Assembly: GCA_965649765.1 (NCBI GenBank)
Contig: OZ287748.1
Span: 82,522,001 to 82,586,000, forward strand
DNA length: 64,000 nucleotides
Direction of reading: 5' to 3'
Source of the DNA: Bispira polyomma
Lineage: Eukaryota
The notes beneath the pieces were generated by a model that did no database searches, was not told the DNA's origin, and was given only the letters and a program-made list of their open reading frames with translations. This document shows positions 59,792-64,000 of the stretch, in pieces. The translations under genes were made by a program, and so were the position numbers. Position 1 is the first letter of the stretch, and every line of letters starts with the position of its first letter.

Positions 59792-60924
59792 ATGAATAGG
59801 GCAAATAAGTAGCGGATCCAACTTCTGCAGGCACATCTGAACCTGCACCAGGCATTAAGGCTTCACAACAACCAGCTGGCTCTCCACATGAGGCACCAAA
59901 TGAGGTTCTGGATCAAGCCGTGGCCACTGAGAAGGCTTGTCTTGTTCTGGGCACCAATCTCCCCTGGGTTGAAGCTTGCCCTGACCCTGAGGTATCTGGC
60001 CAGTGGAGACTCCTACCAGAGCATGGAGCATAACTTCCTTGTGGCCAAGAATACTATCTGCTTGTTCATCCCTGTGTTGTATGAGGCCATCTATTCAGCC
60101 TACAAAGAAGAAGTCCTGAAGTGCCCAGACAACCCCCAGGATTAGAAGCAGAAGGAGAAAGTCTTCGCTAAGCGGTGGCACTTCCAACATGCAGTGGAGG
60201 CCTTGGACAGGAGGCATGTCTTGGTCAAGTGCCCCTCCAACTCTGGCTTGTTGTATTACAATTACAAGGACTTTTACTCAATAGTGATGCTTGTCTTAGT
60301 GAACGGAGACTACCAGTATCTCTGGGTTAATGTTGGGTGTATTGGCAGCTGTTCTGATGCCTAGATATTCAACAGGTCAGATCTCAAGACAGCCATGGTG
60401 GGAATATTCTGGGGTTACCACCAGCAGACCAACTACCAGGTGACGACAGGCCAACACCTTACTTCCTGCTGGCAGACGATACCTTTTCTCTCAGGACCTG
60501 CCTGATAAAGCCCTTCAGTGGCAGGCATCTTCACCGTGAAGAAAGCATCTTCAATTACAGGTTGTCCAGGGCCAGGCGTGTGGTTGAGAAGGCCTTTGTT
60601 ATACTGGCCAACCGTTTCAGGTGTCTGCTGTCAACACTGCCCCAGTAAACAGATACTGTAACCAACATCGTGTTAGCCTGTGTGATCCTCCACAACATCC
60701 TCAGGTGCAGATACAGAGAGGTACACCAGGATCTGCTTGACCACGAGGATGACTAGCACATGCTTGTTCGCTGTGCTTGGAGAAATGACCAAGAGTTGGT
60801 CAATATTAACCAGTCAGAGGTGAGAATGATACCAGTCAAGCAGGGAAGAGGAAAAGACTCTACCTGAGGCACTACGTCAATTCAGTGGCTGGTTCAGTTA
60901 CCTGACAAGACAATATGATTTTAG
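59792..60924 (+). pseudogene. Harbinger (DDE_Tnp_4 / HARBI1-like) transposase pseudogene
   Basis: ISPGLKLALTLRYLASGDSY, EALDRRHV, YYNYKDFYSIVML, GSCSDA, LADDTF, FNYRLSRARRVVEKAF, LACVILHN; several stops and frameshifts. Confidence 0.95.
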
Positions 60925-61519
60925 TCAATCTACCTTATGACATTGTAATTGTATTTGCAATTGTACACTGAGTCGATAGTGTAATAATAAACTGTCTTGA
61001 TGTTTTCATGTAGGTGATATTATGATTACAGATTACTGTAATCATAGCTAATTGTATACGTTTAAGCTATTGTAGAAGTTAATTCCTATTGAGATCTCTA
61101 AGATGTAGATACTGTTGTTTAGTATTAGTTATTGTGTCATAGCCAATAAAAGATGTTCAATAAAGCTCCCCCACTTGCCTGCTGCTTAATACCAAGGTCA
61201 ACATGGGCATATAAGTGCCAACATTAATACTTCCCTGAGATTCAAACCCAAGACCTCAGAGGTTTTCATGGTGTCAGTCAGTGGTTTACAATTGGTTTCC
61301 TCCTCCAATACAATTGGTTTCCTCATGCAGTACAATTGGTTTCCTCGTCCAGTGCTATTGATTTTTCATAATCTCACCGAAGCATACAATACTCATCCAT
61401 ACTTTCAACTCAGTTAAAAGATAATACAATTTTTTAGGCTTTTATTATTTTTCTGTAGCATGTATAGCCAATAAGGATTTGCAACAACCAGCTCTCTACA
61501 TACAGATGAGGCAGCCACC

Positions 61520-62420
61520 ACCATTTACTGTTAAACCATCAAACATTTATGTCATGCTGTAAAGGGGCATACCCACAAAGTTATGAAACTACCAAGCATT
61601 TACAGTGCAACCGTCAAACATGTATTATAAAACCACCAAGCATTTCCAGTGCAACCATCTAACATGTATAATGAAACTATCAAGCATTTACTGTGCAACC
61701 GTCAAACATTTACTATGAAACCATTAATCATTTACTTGTTACTTATTATTATCTAGTACTTAGTATTACTTGTTACTTGTTATTACTTATTTATTTAAGA
61801 TTATTTTGATAGTGTGAATGAAGTGGAATGTAAAACTGCTCAAGCTTCAGACAGACGTGTCTCATCGAGTGATAAGAACTGGCACTGAGCAGTTGAGTGA
61901 AGGAAGTGGTATGGTATGGGAAGCTGCTCAAGCTTCAGGTAGACGTGTTTTATCGAGTTATGAAAACTGGCACTGGGCAGTTGAGTGAAAGAAGTGGTAT
62001 GGTATGGGAAGTTGCTCAAGCTTCAGACAGACATGTCGCACCATGTAATGTGAACAGCCATGCACAGTCCCGCAAGAAGATTGCAGTTGTGTGGAGGAAC
62101 TTGAAAGGGAATCTGCTAAAATTGCAGACAGACATGTCTCACCAGGTCATCCACTGTCCTAGAAGTGTGGAGGAAGTGGAAGGGAAAGGAAGCCGCTCGA
62201 GTAGACTTCCACGTGATGGGGAGGTCGCAAGAAGATTGCAGTTGTGTGGAGGAAGGGAAAAAGTTTCATTGTGAAACTACCAAGCATTTTCTATGAAACC
62301 TCAACGACCATCAGTCATTTACTATGACACCATCAGTCATTTACTATGAAACCATCAGTCATTTACAACATGCTGTAAAGGAGCATGCCCACCAACTTGA
62401 ACTATAACACCATCAATCAT
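61520..62420. repeat. Short tandem repeats inside the Harbinger spacer
   Basis: gaaac(c/t)a(c/t)caagcatttac units at 61520-61740 and 62270-62420; ctgctcaagcttcag...gaagtggtatggtatgg units at 61820-62040. Confidence 0.75.
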
Positions 62421-62754
62421 TTATACCGGAATACACTTAAATGGTTAATTGACACACATATATACATACATAACTGCAGCATACGACACCGGTTTCATTA
62501 AGTACCCATTTATCAGTACTTTTCTCAGTACATTGCTGAAAAGCATGTAATAATATATGGTGATCTAAATAGTGAGGTAACATATTACATGGGGCATTCA
62601 TGGGGAGTTAAATATATAACAATGGACAATCGCTTTCAAGAGCTTTTAACAATGATTTTATTTACCGGTACATTACTCCACAAATTAATCAATGATTGAT
62701 TACACATAATTTCTATTGTTATTAATTTATAATTACAAAAAAAAAGATACTCAC

Positions 62755-63271
62755 CACACAAATTTGTCTATTGGGCATTCACGCGATGTGGCGATTAAGG
62801 AAGTGCAGCTTTCCAGTACAAAACAGTCTCGGTCAGTCGGTTCTCTGGCCCCATCACCTGACTTTAAGTAGGATAACTTCCAAATCTTGTCTTCAAGGAA
62901 CTCCACCAAGTCTTTAATACCTCAACTGCTGCATCTATACAATCAGCCTTCTCCTCCCACAGGTGATTTCGAAACTTACTGTCACCGTATGTTTTCATAC
63001 CTTTCACATATAAACACTCATTGTCCTCAACCCACTCTATTAAATCACCTTCCTAGTCCTCAGTTATATTCGACCGATGATATGATCTCTTCTTAGGTTC
63101 TGAGAATTGACTGGTAATGAATGATACCTGTGACAGAAGTGTGGGTGATTCTTCTTCAACTTCAACATCAGACTGAACCGCAGTCTCTGTTTCCTTAAAC
63201 TCCTCAGACCCTTTCCTCAAATGTAGCTTAACACCAAGACACTTCTTCGGCTTCCCACCTTTTCTAGGCAT
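62755..63271 (-). pseudogene. Harbinger Myb/SANT-like (MADF) protein pseudogene, first exon
   Basis: MPRKGGKPKK...ED*EGDLIEWVEDNECLYVKGMKTYGDSKFRNHLWEEKA...VLKTWWSSLKTRFG..KSGDG; ends at a gtgagt donor. Confidence 0.85.
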
Positions 63272-64000
63272 GTTGTAACATTAAATGTCCATAAAATATA
63301 CAACTAAAACACAATTGAAACTTATAAATAAAGAAAAAACCTAAAGTAACCTCCCATCCCCACAACATAAAAACGGTATCTGATAGGCTATGTAAAAAGC
63401 ATTTTTATTGTCGTGTGCAAACTGGAAAGGATGTTATGCTAATCGTGTTACCCTATAAGGAGAACTTAGACAAACTGGGACAGATTGGTAAAGCAGTTCA
63501 CAAACTCACATGAACTGGTGAGAACTAGACAAGAACCGTCGAGAATGGGGCGACAATAGGTGAAAACTGCAATAAACGTCTTAAAAAGGGGATAAAACAA
63601 AAATAAAATTGTATGGCAGTTTCAAGAACGGAAGTAGAACGTTAGCTGGACTTGAAAAAACGTAAGATGACCTGGTCATAACGGTTGAGAACTTAACTGA
63701 ACGTGTCAGAATGTGTGCAAAATTGTGGAAAATCACACAGGTTCTCAACCATAAAACATTCTCACCAGTTTGTGTCCTTTCAAGCCCTGGTGTAACGCAA
63801 AATACTGACTTCCCTCAACATACTGACTCCCCTCTTTGATCCTTTAAGGGAGTCATTATTTTGTAAACAAAATTTGTACTCCCCTACAATAGGGGATTAA
63901 GGGAGTCAAAATATGGCAGCCAAATACATACTTCCCTGTCATATACATATTCCCCAGGCCCACTCTGGTTTGTCTCGGATTTGCTCTATCAGTCACTAGA

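Larger units (their letters stand above)
59163..63800. mobile_element. Decayed two-gene PIF/Harbinger DNA transposon
   Basis: Convergent DDE transposase and MADF/Myb-SANT genes; subterminal gttctcac motifs on the left and gagaac motifs on the right; TIRs are degenerate, so the ends are approximate. Confidence 0.85.

Noticed and set aside
59888-60145. Domesticated HARBI1-like host gene
   Set aside because: Multiple stops, frameshifts and an internal deletion, within an intact transposon context.

Overview
AT-rich, intron-rich animal genomic DNA, probably a mollusc judging by the SINE families (inference). There are no prokaryotic features, CRISPR arrays, rRNA or true tRNA genes. Best-supported content: (1) a complete 4-exon, 209-aa GM2-activator/ML-domain gene on + (29130-42412) with a cluster of CLEAR/E-box motifs in intron 1; (2) a minus-strand exon encoding a hormone-receptor (HRM) domain of an adhesion/secretin-class GPCR (1221-1441), plus a phase-compatible chain of small candidate exons further upstream on the minus strand, including a 14-nt microexon; (3) an old inverted duplication (arms about 18640-22590 and 46680-51720, faint collinear traces further out) that brackets the GM2A-like gene and seems to copy a promoter and 5' exons head-to-head; (4) many transposon relics: tRNA-derived SINEs, L2 and other LINE fragments, a decayed two-gene Harbinger, Harbinger-type MITEs, a Mutator deletion derivative, a TTAA MITE and a Helentron-type fragment. 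The most unusual pattern is that many tandem repeats start exactly at exon boundaries and consist of reiterated splice sites (exon edge + GT or AG + intron edge). All alignments were done by eye, so repeat boundaries are approximate.
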